DNA of 64,000 nucleotides from Lytechinus pictus. Taxonomy: Eukaryota. Below the pieces are notes generated by a model. The model saw nothing but the letters and a program-made list of their open reading frames with translations. It had not been told where the DNA came from and ran no database searches. The DNA lies in the NCBI RefSeq assembly GCF_037042905.1, contig NC_087250.1:12154001-12218000 (forward strand). The letters run 5' to 3'. Positions 1 through 12,198 of this stretch are shown here, in pieces. Each line of letters starts with the position of its first letter. The first letter of the stretch is position 1. The position numbers and the translations under genes are program-made.

Positions 1-170
1 GGGGGTTTCGGATTCCGGTGACCCGAGTTCGATTCCCAAGTGGCAGGTACGCTAAGTGCCCTTTGGTATAAGGCATTTATCCTCATTACCAGTTCCCTCG
101 GAGAGGACCTTAAGCCGTTGGTCCCATGGTTGCTTGCTCACAGGCATTTGTTCTTTCGTAGCAATCAGGT
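1..170 (+). mobile_element. tRNA-derived SINE, 5'-truncated by the window edge
   Basis: Pol III B-box-like GAGTTCGATTCCC near position 25, followed by a SINE-type body (GAGGACCTTAAGCCGTTGGTCCC) and an A-rich end. A similar core motif occurs on the minus strand at ~52535-52570. Confidence 0.55.
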
Positions 171-1902
171 AAAAAAACATCGATAATTTTTTTTTTAAAG
201 TTTTTTTTCTTGGTCGTGAAAAAATTGGGGGGGGGGGGGGGGAGAAGCGCCTCCAAGCCCTACCCAAATCTGTAGACTGAGTAATTTGGAGGGGGTTGCA
301 ATATGGCATATCGGGTAACCTTTTTTGTTTATGCGAGGGAGCGAAGCAAGCGAGCAAAAAAATCTACCTTTTTTAAATACAAAAATCCAATATTGTCAGA
401 TTTTTGCACATTGTTCAACAAATAATATGACATTTCAACTTTCTGTCTTTCCACTTCTCTGTTTTTCTTGGTCGTGATTTTTTTTTCTTTCTGTAGACTG
501 AGATCGTGTAAAATAGAAGTCGGATAAAATGCAAGGGCCAGCTATAATAAGCAGGAAACCGCTTGAAACAATATAGGCCTACATATTTTAATGAAATGAT
601 GTCACGAAGTAGAAAATATATATTCTAGAAACTTAAGTAGGTATATAAGGAGTGACATGCAAAATAGCGCATGCAACTTTTGAGTGCAGGTGTTTTTGTT
701 TGTTTTGATTGATTGATTTTTTTTAATTGTTTTCTTGCATGGGTTTTGTTCGGTTTGGTTTTATTTCATTTGTTTTGCCTGGTTTTTTTTTTTTTTTTTT
801 TTTTTTGGGGGGGGGGGGGCGACCTGTTTGATAATGTACGCTGCTTTGATTTCTTTTTGTTTTATTTCGGGATAGGCTAAAAGATACATGTAGGCCTAGC
901 GCATACACTTGGAACGTTTTTTTAGGGGTTACTGGTTTTTTGGGGAAAAAATTACAATAAGCAAAATAAAAAGGAAATTTTTTCCGAAATGAATGGCATT
1001 TTGGTCGGGAACTTTTTTAAAAAGAATAACGAAAGAAAAAACGATTTCACTCCAATAGTAAAGGTGACTTTGGTTACATTTTCATTTGCTTCGCATCACA
1101 CTTCCAGGGGGTGCTGCCCCTAAACTGCTTTAGGGGGTTATTTTGCACACAGAGAAAAACTCGTTTAGGGGTGTTAATTGGAAATTATTTGGGCACGCGT
1201 GTGTACAGCAATACATTTGACTGCCCCTCCCTCCGGGGTGCTGCCTAGGCTATACATGGTCACATCCAGCCCCCCCCCCCCCCACCCCAGCGCCCTGCCG
1301 CTTCCGAGGGCCATGCATAATTATTTTACGCGTTGACTGGGCAAGAAGTCTACTCACTTTTAGTCAATCAGTTATGCAAATTATTTCGAGGCACGCGTCA
1401 AGATATTGCGTAATCGCTAAATTGACGTTAACTTTAGACAGGAACCTGTGAAGTAAATATTACACGTGACGGCGTGAGTAATAAAATCTTTGAATAAGTT
1501 ATCATCGTTAGTCCGACTCTATTGGAGGAGGAGGCCAATTTGTGATAAGTGCGTGTGTAAAGTCACAGTATTTTCGGATTCGGTAGAGTAAAAAATGTCG
1601 TATGATCCTTTGTGTAGTCCCATGAATGTGCATTTTTGTAAGTTGCGCCATATTACTTAGCTGCTGTGCATCACTGCATGCAATGTGTGTGAATATGTTC
1701 TGAACTGAAGGCGTAAGTGAAGAGAGAGAGAGAGAGAGAAAATAATGATCACTAACTAAGAGGTCAAGATTTTGTCACCTATGACCTCGGTCACACTTCA
1801 TGGCTGTAGATTAAAGACTATATGAGATAATTCATAATTATCGTTAATCAGAAGTCAAATTCAAGACCATGTAACTCGAAGTCGAACTTTGACTTAGTTT
1901 GA

Positions 1903-3255
1903 GTGAGTCAAAGACAAAAGTCAAGTCAAAGAAACGTCTGTAGTAAAATGGGTAATATTTACAAGATTGCGCAATTCCAAGCATTACTAGAAACTGAGAA
2001 ACCGGATGTGGTTGTTGGAACTGAAACATGGCTTCAGGGGTCAATATTCTCATGTGAACTTTTATTACCATCATCATATCAAGTATATCGCCGTGATCGA
2101 AACTCTGACACTAATGGAGGAGGAATCTTAATAGCAGTGCGTTCAGACTTAATTGCAAAGGAGGAGCACACTTTTTCACATGCCTCCTGTGAAATGTTAT
2201 GGGCTAGTATTCACATTAAAGGCCGCCCTACTCTATTTATAGGCGCTTTTTATAGAAAACACTTTGGTTCATCGGCCTTAGACCAGGACCAGCTTAAGGA
2301 ACTTGAGACAGCAATTACTAAACTTCCTCCAAACAGCCAAATTTTCCTAGCTGGCGACTTTAACCTTCCTGATGTCGATTGGTCAAGAAATTGTTTTATA
2401 AGCGGTGGAAGATATCCTGCTACTAGTAAGCAGATGATAAGCATAGCGGAAGAACAAAATTTACATCAAATTGTGGATAAACCGACAAGAAACAAAAACA
2501 TTTTAGACTTGGTATTCACGAATGTTCCATCTTTACTACAAAAGATAGAGGTTCTCCCAGGCATTTCAGACCATGATGTCGTTTCTGTTCTGATAGAATG
2601 GCCTCACAAGAAGATTAAAAGCAAACGTAGAGAAATTTATTTGTTGAAAAGGGGAAACTTTGCTAAAATAAGTGATGATCTGGATGAGTACGCAAATTCA
2701 CTTACTGATGAGGTAATAAGAAGTTCGAGTGTTAATGATTTGTGGATAGGTTTTAAGAACTCCTTATCTTCTTCAATGAAACGGCACATACCAACAAAGT
2801 TGATTTCGTTAAACAACGACTTGCCTTGGCTCAAACATGCTCACAAAAAACTCATTAATTTAAAGAGGAAAGCATATGATAAAGCTAAATGCACGAAATC
2901 TGCAGACGACTGGACTATTTTCCGACACCTACGCCGAAACCTGGATAGAAGTCTAAGGAAAGCACGCAGTGTGTATCTACATGATATGGGGAAAAATTTA
3001 ACTACAGAAAACAAGAAGTCCTTCTGGAAATTCATAAAGAGCTTAAGACAGTGTTCTACAGGAGTAGCCTCTCTGAACACTTCAAGAAGTATTGCCGTAA
3101 CTCCGCAGGACAGGGCAAATGTCCTCAACTGCCAGTTCGAGTCTGTGTTCACTCAAGAGGACTGTCACAACCTACCTACACATATAACTTCTTCTTGTCC
3201 ATCTACATGTATCAGTCAAATTGTGATAACTGATGAATATTCTTTACATGATTAA
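1903..3255 (+). mobile_element. Non-LTR retrotransposon (LINE) ORF2 fragment: apurinic-like endonuclease domain plus linker, no reverse transcriptase
   Basis: Uninterrupted 450-codon ORF (first ATG at 1948) with ordered APE motifs PDVVVGTETWL, YRRDR..GGGILIAV, GAFYR, AGDFNLP, PTRNKNILDLVFTN and GISDHD, then LPWL, KSFWKFIKS and LNCQFESVFT linker motifs. It ends before the RT domain. Confidence 0.88.
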
Positions 3256-3316
3256 CTTTTATTCAGTCTTACCAATCATAACCCAGGTTTCTTTGTTACA
3301 TTTCAGGTGACCACCT

Positions 3317-3508
3317 AGAAAAATATGATGAGAAGATAGGGAAAAACTTGCCAATGTTTACATGGCCATCTTGTTCTCTTTGTTAGTAGCTAAGCTTCGA
3401 AACGCATATAGAGGGCGGCAGACAGTGTATGCGTCTCGTAGCTTAAGAGAACAAGATGGCCATGAAAACATCAACAATTTTTTTCCTGTTTTCTCATATT
3501 TTTCTTGT
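3317..3508. mobile_element. Fold-back MITE-like inverted repeat
   Basis: Left arm AGAAAAATATGA...CATGGCCATCTTGTTCTCT...AAGCTTCGAAACGCATA (~3317-3410) is the imperfect reverse complement of ~3428-3508. Confidence 0.7.
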
Positions 3509-4129
3509 TTTTTAAATGAATGTTTATTTAAAAATGAAATAATATTGTATAATCTGTGACTTCTTTGTACTTCCCATTTCGCAAATTCATTTATCGGGAT
3601 ACTGGATTCTGACCGCTGCAACACAGGCGAATTTGGAACAAAAAATTCCTACATGACTAGGCCAAAAGTGAATATTTGATAAAGTTTCATGTTTTTTATT
3701 CATGAAAATTTGGTCCTACACTTCTGTCATATTTTTATTTTATTATTGTCGATGATTTCACTGGAATAAGCGCAGTTGTGTGTTAGTGCCCCCAATATTA
3801 ATATTATGATTGGAAAAAAATTTATTTGGCAAACGAAATCAGAATTCAAACCCATGACCACAGTGCAGCGTATTGCTTTGACCTTACACTTAAGCACTTG
3901 ACAGCAAATTGAGTCTTGCACATGATTTTTTATGAGTATTGTGTCACAACTTTTAAAGTTGTATGCACTTTACAAACATTTTTATGAAACCACCCTACAT
4001 TGAGGATTTATTCCAAAAATTAATAAGATGCTTTATGCACTAAAAATATTTTTGTCCCTCACAAACTTACGGTTACACCCCTTAAGATATGGTATTGGAA
4101 ACCAATTGTAATCCCTCATTTATTTTATT

Positions 4130-4292
4130 TTCTTTCTCATTGTCACTTTTTCCCCACCCATCTCTATCTCACCCTCTCTCTCTTCCCCCTCTCTCTTCAC
4201 CTTCCCCCTCTCTCTTCACCTCCCCCCCTCTCACTCTTCACCTCCCCCCCTCTCACTTTCTCTCTCCCCCTCTCTCTCTTGCTGTTAAGCAG
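4130..4292 (+). promoter_or_regulatory. Long polypyrimidine tract and 3' splice acceptor of the TSSC4 coding exon
   Basis: About 150 nt of C/T sequence ending in TGTTAAGCAG (AG at 4291-4292), 31 nt before the TSSC4 ATG. Confidence 0.6.
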
Positions 4293-4323
4293 ATATCATA
4301 TGACTGGATGGAATCAGAGCTAG

Positions 4324-5283
4324 ATGTCTTCTTTCACGCTCAACACGGGCCATGGCCAATCTCTCAGCGGGTTTACGAACAGAACTAGCGACGTCTTCGG
4401 CTCCCTCGGCGGACTCGAAAAGAACTACGACGAAGCCGTGAAGGAGAGGGGACCCGATGAATTCTTGGACGAAGACAGAGAAAGCCCAGAGAGGGAATTC
4501 AAGAAACCTGCCCCTCCCCGCCACGATAGTGGTAGAGGCCAGAGAGAGCATGGACATGATGGAGGCAGACGGGGTTGGGATCGTCCACACTCGAGGGGGA
4601 GGGGTGGCAGGTCGTCATATCGTGAGGGGCAGAGGAGGCAACAAAAGACGCCGGATTACAAGATGCACCCCGAACGATGGACCGAATACAGCCTCGAGGA
4701 CACCGACGTATCGGGAGAGTCTGCAAACAAGAGAGCAGCTGTAGACTTTTTCAGGGATCTAAGGAAGAGAAAAGCAGAAGAGCAGAGGGAACAGGCATGG
4801 GATGCCGACCTTTATACAGGGAAATTAGAGTACAAAAAGCCTGTCTTGAAGTCTAATACTGAACAGTCCGATCAAACAGATAAAAAACAAAGCTATGGCG
4901 ATGTTCATAAGATGGCCGAATTTCAGTTTGGACAGTCTAAACCAAAGGTGAGGAAGCTGCCATCTGAACGGGCATCAAGTAGCCAGGGCAGTGGCTCATC
5001 GATATCGGACTCAATAAGCTTGGGGCATTTGGGTGAAGAGGAAGATGGTAGCCAGTCAGAAGGCTCCATCAAAGAAACTGACCAATCATGCGATAGCAGC
5101 ATTAAGATTATCCAATCAGATTCTTCTAAGACTGTAGGGAATGATGCTGAAGATGGAGATGAGTTGAAAGAAGCCACGGGCGATGGAAGAGGTAAAACCG
5201 AAAAGCCCGTTTTCCAGAGAAAAACGGGGAAAGGAAAGAGGCACATTCGAGGGAGAAAAACCACAGATGAAAATGATGACTAG
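4324..5283 (+). CDS. TSSC4: TSSC4-like protein (U5 snRNP / tri-snRNP assembly factor), single coding exon, 319 aa
   Basis: Low-complexity charged ORF containing the TSSC4 hallmark PDYKMHPERWTEYSLED..S..AN.RAA..F, an N-terminal F..R.SDVFGSL motif and a later HKMAEFQFG motif. Confidence 0.85.
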   Translation: MSSFTLNTGHGQSLSGFTNRTSDVFGSLGGLEKNYDEAVKERGPDEFLDEDRESPEREFKKPAPPRHDSGRGQREHGHDGGRRGWDRPHSRGRGGRSSYREGQRRQQKTPDYKMHPERWTEYSLEDTDVSGESANKRAAVDFFRDLRKRKAEEQREQAWDADLYTGKLEYKKPVLKSNTEQSDQTDKKQSYGDVHKMAEFQFGQSKPKVRKLPSERASSSQGSGSSISDSISLGHLGEEEDGSQSEGSIKETDQSCDSSIKIIQSDSSKTVGNDAEDGDELKEATGDGRGKTEKPVFQRKTGKGKRHIRGRKTTDENDD

Positions 5284-5410
5284 ATAAGAATGTTCATAGA
5301 TTTCAAGGGAATTAGTTATGTAGAGAGCCATTTTACATGTACCGGTATCTCATCCTTCATATTTTGATCCTACTTATTTTACAGTCAGTTTGCCTGCTGA
5401 CCATTTAATT

Positions 5411-5788
5411 TCACAATACGGTGCGCCATCATTCGGTTGCAGTGAACGGGCCAAATTTCTAACTTCGGGGTCGACATCGATGCCCACAGGCAGCGCACAG
5501 TGCCAGTGTACAATGTGACTGTGATGCTTCAAAAATGAAGACCATATGGCAAGAATTGGCGAAAAACGTCTAAATTTCTCAAAGAAATATGTGGGCAAAT
5601 TTCTCTCCCTCCTACTGGACCTTAGTAAACAGCATATTCGGTCGAGTGGAGTTGGCCAGCTCTGAATAATCACAGGCATGAATGCACTTTAGTATTAGCA
5701 CACGCAACAGATTTCAATTTTTTTCCCATGAGGCATGGCGAATTACGGTCTGTCCGCTGCAACCGATAGATGGCGCACCGTATTGTGA
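5411..5788. mobile_element. MITE with CAC-starting terminal inverted repeats, just downstream of the TSSC4 stop
   Basis: TCACAATACGGTGCGCCATC..TCGGTTGCAG at 5411 is mirrored by CTGCAACCGATAGATGGCGCACCGTATTGTGA ending at 5788. Confidence 0.75.
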
Positions 5789-6144
5789 TTCCACCGAATT
5801 GTCATATATATCACATTTACCATTTTGACTAATTTCCAATGAGGCTATACCCACTTTTGACACCAATTTATCTTTTAAAATTGTATTTAAATGAGAAGCT
5901 TATTTAAATTTTGTTTGACAAAGAAAGGGAAGTGGATTATTAGGCTTTAGACTGATAGTACCTTGGATGTTGTCTTGTAGAACATTTCGATCATTATTTT
6001 CAACTCCATGTAGGATTACCCCAAGGTTTGATTATAGAAGTGTAGTAGCCATTGATTCTGTTTTTAAGTACCGATTCTCTGTGAGAATGAAAGTATTCAT
6101 TTAGATATCTAGCATCCTCCCTCTGATACATGTATGTAAATTCT

Positions 6145-6750
6145 TTAAACTGGGATTCATCCTTGGTCATTAATGTTGTGTGGGAAGGAGAACAATAAAT
6201 AAAACAGAATGGTGAGAGTTTGAAAGAAATCAGACAAGCAATAGGAAACTTATGGCTACCATACTTAAAAATTGAGATCCCTAAGACTGCAATTTTCCAA
6301 TTTGCGACTGGGTAAATGAATTATGCAGGGGTAAGGACAACTTTCCCATAGGCCATTTACTTTATTCTCAGGGATTTGTGGTTGTCTCCCAAGTTCCCAT
6401 TCCCCTGGGGCAGTAATCTAATTATATCCCAGGTTGCATATTTTATGTCCTCTTGAAATTAAAATATAATTGGAAGTAAAATTGTTCAAAAAATGAAGTT
6501 TTAGCCATTACATGTATTTGTATTGGAGTACATGGAAGAGTAGTCCTTAATACCTTACATCACTATGATATCACAAATGAGGCCGGCCAATTTTAAGTCT
6601 CCATTGGGATATTGATTACCAATTTTTACAAATTTTAAAAATACATACGTGTAAATTTCTTATTGTTTGTCTGATATTATTCAAACTTTCCCCTATTAAC
6701 TTGTCTGATTTTTTTATCTCTTTCCTCTAAAAACAAAAAAAGGCCCCTTG
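6145..6750 (-). mobile_element. TTAA-flanked (Kolobok-type) MITE, inverted paralogue of 50775-51383
   Basis: Internal sequence (GGACAACTTTCCCATAGGCCAT, CCCCTGGGGCAGTAATCTAA) is the reverse complement of the 50775-51383 copy. One end is degraded. Confidence 0.7.
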
Positions 6751-6804
6751 AGCAAAAAAAAGTTACTGAATATCAGAAATCTATAGACAAAGATTATTCC
6801 TTGA

Positions 6805-7677
6805 TTTTTGTCTCACCTGCGAAGCAGAGTGAGACTATAGGCGCCGTTTTTCCGACGGCGGCGGCGACGGCAGCAGCGTCAACACCAAATCTTAACCATA
6901 GGTTACGTTTTTTTAATGACAGCATAACTTAGAAAGTATATGGACCTGGTTCATGAAACTTGGCCATAAGGTTAATCAAGTATTACTGAACATCCTGCCT
7001 TAGTTTCAGGTCACATGACCAAGGTCAAAGGTCATTTAGGGTCTTTGAACTTAGACCATGTTGGGGGAATCAACATCAAAATATTAACCTAAGGTTAAGT
7101 TTTTTAAATGTCATCATAACTTAGAAAATATATGAACCTAGTTCATGAAACTTGGACGAAAGAGTAATCAAGTATCACTGAACATCCTGTGCGAAATTTC
7201 AGGTCACATGACCAACATCAAAGGTCAATGAACTTTGGCCATAATGTGGGTATCTGTTGAATTACCATCATAACTTCGAAAGCTTATGGATCTGATTCAT
7301 TAAACTTGGACAAAAGAGTCATCAAGTATCACTGAACATCTCATGCGAGTTTCAGGTCACATGACGAAAGTCAAAGGCCATTTAAGGTCATTAAACTTTG
7401 GCAATTTTAGAGGTAATTATTAGATTGCTGTTATAACTTTCAAAGTCTATAGATATAGTGTATAAAATGTGGATATAGGGGTAATCAAGTATCACTGACA
7501 AGTTTAAGGTCACATGATCAAGGTCAAATATCAATGAACGTAGTATTGTATCATTATATGAATAGTGTTTTTTGTGAATAATTATTTTATAGTACATGTA
7601 GTTTTCAAAGTCAGCACTACTGCTATGTATATTGAATCGCGTGATGCAGGTGAGACCACCAGAGGCATTCCACTTGT
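6805..7677 (+). mobile_element. Helentron/DINE-1-like non-autonomous element with internal tandem repeats (copy 1)
   Basis: T-rich start, subterminal inverted motif TCTCACCTGC...GCAGGTGAGA, a short GGC microsatellite and ~4 units of a 150-190 bp repeat containing AGGTCACATGACCAAGGTCAAAGGTCA. An inverted paralogue lies at 26854-27837. Confidence 0.7.
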
Positions 7678-9169
7678 TAGTTAGCCCTTTCCATGCTTTG
7701 GAATAGGATTTGTACAATAAGATAGAACATTCAGATATTTTATTTAGATCGCAAACCTGATCAAATGCAATCTTATATAAAACTGCAACATTTATACTTT
7801 TAAACAAATTCCATGCTAGTACATACATGTATCCCCCACCTTGTAACTGTTGTAGGGTATATACAGTGTGTCCCACAAAAAATATTAGTGGGACTAGATG
7901 GGTATAATATTAAAATTACTACATTGTATTGTTTATATTTTTACACCCATAATATAAATTTCATTTTCTACATCTGGATTTATTTTATGTGATATAATCC
8001 GCTTTAATATCACAAAAATACGACAATTTGTTCATTGCACAGTAGGAAACCCCTCCATCCAAGTTTTGTATTAAGTAATATGTGTAGTCAGGATCATCAT
8101 CAGCTATTAAACAAGATTTGTTATCCATCCAAGTGGTGAAAATTATATGTATTCTTGTTCAGACATTGGCGTTAATCTGTAAGGATTTTCTTTAATTTGT
8201 TCAGGACTTGGGGATGATCTATTCATTCATTCCCTCTGATGAATAAATGAGATCAAGATAAGATCATAGATTCATGGGGGGGGGGGGCACTTACATTGAC
8301 GAGTAGATACCATGCGCGACCAAAAAAACACGTAAAAGGATGTCTTTTTTAAGATAGGGCATGTTACGTATGTAATGTAAAATTTTAGGGTGTCAAAAAC
8401 ACTAAAATAATGAAAAAAGGGTACATGTCTGTATTTCGCTAGGAAAGCTACATGTTTAGGGTCAAATTTGCGAGGGTATTAGAAAAGACTAAAATGTTTT
8501 ATTAAGAATGTACTTTCTGCCCCAATAGTCAACACTACATTTTAGAGTCCGATTTGCGCGAGTTGTGGGTGGGGCCGTACTAAACCCAATGATGGGGCAA
8601 GCTTTACAATCATTTCAAAAGCATAATGAATTCAAATAGTGCTAGAAAAAATTTGGGATACACCAAACATTAAAGGCTACGGGCTTTGATATATTTGTAC
8701 ATATCACAGGAAATTGATGGTCATTACATGTCTATTTTAATGGAAGAATTATCAGGTTGATGTGCTAAATAAAAGCTTCTGTGAAGTATGTATAAAATAA
8801 TGCCTTGTATTTTTACGTTATTTATTATAAAAATGTGTTAATTTGACCCTTTTTATCAGAACTCTAAAATATAAATTTACTAGTGTTATGATGTCCATGG
8901 ATGTGTCTTTTAGCATACCAGCCATAACTGCATGGGCTGTGGAATACTTTCAAGTTTTTGTTTATTTATTTTTCATTATTATTATTTATGTATATATTTT
9001 TCATTATTATTATTTATTTATATATTTATTATTATTATTTTTTGTTGAGGGGAGGGGGGAACATGCATAGATAACAATTAGATGGTACATTTCCTGATTT
9101 TTTTTTTACAAAAAAGTGTGGGGGGGGGGGCTTAATTTGCTGAAGCAATTTTCCTCTTAAGTTCTCTAA

Positions 9170-9720
9170 TTATCCACTCTTCTCTCTCTCTTACTTTCAT
9201 CCCTTTATCTCTCTATTCTTTCTTTATGCCTCTCAGCTTGCTCCCTCTTCTATTTTCAAAATAAAAATCTGTTGTCTTCATTTCTTTCCTCCCTTTATCT
9301 CTCAATTCATGTTTCTCTCTCTCACACTTCTCACTTTTTTTCAATTTCTATCTCCTTATCTTTCATCCCTTTTCTATTCCCCTCTCTTCAGTTTTCCCCT
9401 CTAGTCTTCTCTGTCCCACACATTCTTTCATTCTCTTTCATTTCTCCCTTTTCCAACCTCTATCTTCCTATGTTTCGTATCTTCATTCTCCTATTCCCCC
9501 TCTCTCTCTTTAGTTTGCCCCTCTCTTCTTTTCTCTACAAATTCTTTCATTATCTCTCTCACTTCCCCCCTTTTTCAATCTCAATCGCCTTATCTTTCAT
9601 CTCTCTATCCTTTTATTCCCCTATCTCTCTTCAGTTTGCCACTCTTTTATTTTCTCTGTCCCACAAGTTCTTTAATTTTCTTTCTCTCTCTCACTTGTAC
9701 TTTTTTTCAATCTCAATATA
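9170..9720. repeat. CT-rich low-complexity tract with an internal duplication
   Basis: Polypyrimidine sequence. 9315-9430 resembles 9555-9685 (TCTCTCACTT...CCTTATCTTTCATC...TCTCTTCAGTTT...CTCTGTCCCACA). Confidence 0.8.
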
Positions 9721-11847
9721 AATAGTAGACTTTTCATTGGTTTTGTGTTTCATGGTTCTGAATGTACATTACGTTGTACTCTAGGCTTAATATGATTATA
9801 TCAAATTAAAAAAGAGTAAAATTCACTGAGAAAAGTTCTGATAACAACGTTATTGAATTTCAAAGTTTAGCAATATTTTGTGAAAACAGTTATGCACATC
9901 ATGAATATTCATTATGTGGGCTGATGATGTCACATCCCAACTTTATCTTAAGTTATTACATGAAATAATCATTATTTCATATTTTCAAACCATGGTATGG
10001 TACATGTATGTCTCCCTCATAAAATAAGGTTGCAGTATTGAATATCTACTACAGTTGTCAAACATTTCTTTTTTTTCTTGGATGATAAAATTTGAATAAA
10101 CACAAATTCATATAATAAAATACAAAACGGGTGGGAATATGACATCAGTTTGCTCATTCAATATTCATGTAGACATGCAATAAACTGTTTCTCTGAAATA
10201 ATGCAAAACTTCATTATTCAATGTCCGATTTTGAGGAAATTTTCAGTGTTTTGGTCGTCCGATTTTTCATTAAATCTGTTCAAATCATATATTTTCACCA
10301 TGGAGTACTCCTTTTAACTACAAGGTAGATAATTCCACACACAAACTCAAAAGGGCTTACATTTTTCTTTTACAATATCCACATACATGTATGTGCATTA
10401 TTATTGCCAATTTGAAAATTCTTTACAGACATACAGAATACAGGACAATTGCAAACTTCCCTTATATAAGCCAATACTTGACGAGAAATGGCTATTTTAA
10501 GCTAGATTACATGATTTTGATAGTTTAAGGATGTACTTGAATTTTTATCGTAGATTAATCAGCAGATACAACTTAATTAGCTAGAAATCATTATTTCAAA
10601 CTACTCTATGTAATGTTTGATAATTGAAAAAAATTGTTAAAATCTAAATCTATCATTATAGCAGGCCTGTACAAATCAACTATGAAGTATTATTTCAAAC
10701 TGATTTACATAATTGTTAACAATTGAAGAATTTACTTGAAAAATCTAATTTCTATCATTACAGCAGCATACCAATTGACAAAATTTGTAATAATTGAAGA
10801 ATTGACTAAAGTTGACATTTCTTATACAAAATACTAATGCATTGTTTCTATGGCACGATTCTCAAATTTATGAACATCTATAATAAAATTAAAAAATTGC
10901 AAAAATGACAAAAGTATGATCACTGACTGCAGTTCAGATATCACTGAATCATTACATTATACATCCCCTCCTCAAACTTGATAAAACATAATTTTTAAGG
11001 CTAATCTTAGCTTTATAATTAAGCCTACGCCTCAGTAAATATAGGCAACAGTCCTATAATTTTTTACTTGAGTATACCATTCCTACATCAATCAGTATTT
11101 GCCCTTCATTTTTTTTTAATTGCACTTAAAAATACAACTATTTTTTGCAACGGGCCTCCTCAGGACTTCTTTTCATGATTGGCTGGCCAAGGACCACTGT
11201 TGCTATGGTAACAACAAATGAATGGTGATTTTCGAACTCATAACCACATATATACACCTATGGGCATACATGTACACCAACACATTTTCCTATTATACAT
11301 AAACTCCTTTTATAGATACATAATTCCCAATTTATATCTGGAAAATTTAGATGATTTTGTTCAAAAATAGGAAAAGCAGCATTTTCAATAGAATTGCAGA
11401 GAATTTATCAAGAAACATAGGAAATATATATATTTTGAAACAAAGATGTCGAAACAACATTCATATTCTTACTAAAAATTCAGAATGGTTAAGACGGCTG
11501 TTGATATACATGTATCGATGCAAAGAAGGATTTTATAGCAAAGCTGAAAAATATAAAAAGCAGGACGTTTCAGTACTACTCTTCAGGACATGGATAGCAC
11601 TATCAAAACAGTCCTACAATTTCAGAACATAATATTTGGTTTAAAAACATAAAATTAACTTGAGATGCAGCATAAAAAAACAATGGTTTTAAAATAATAC
11701 AATCAATGTTACAAGAGCACCACACCAAGCCACCAGTGTTAAGTGTTTTAGTTCAGCACTAATTGTTACACCAACTGGTGCCCTCATAGCACATTGTTTA
11801 TTAACACAATTAGGTGTTAAAACGTTAACACTAAATAGCATATTTTT

Positions 11848-12198
11848 GTAAAGGAGAAGTCCACCACAACAAAAAGTTGATTGGAATAAAAAGAGACGAA
11901 TCCAACAAGAATAACACTGAAAATTTCATCAAAATCGGATGTAAAATAAGAAATATTGTATATTTCAAACAATAAAAAAAAAAGAAACAGTGAGTGAGGG
12001 ACATCATCGACTCTCTCATTTGCATGTCACTGAGCAGTTCATAAGTATTTGTGAAAAATAAGCAAAATCTTTAAAAATGTTTTAACTTTCTTATTCTAAA
12101 TCTGATTTTGATGAAATTTTCAGCGATTTACATGTACCTGTTTGATTGTTCTCTATTTATTCAAATCAACATTTTTCTGGGTTAGACTTGACCTTTGA
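11848..12198 (+). mobile_element. Internally deleted TTAA/Kolobok-type MITE (family of 13818-14428)
   Basis: Starts AAAGGAGAAGTCCACC, ends GACTTGACCTTT and shares CACTGAAAATTTCATCAAAATCGGATGTAAAATAAG with the 13818 copy. Confidence 0.7.

Noticed and set aside
9272..9721. 149-aa hydrophobic ORF
   Set aside because: Artefact of a CT-rich low-complexity tract.
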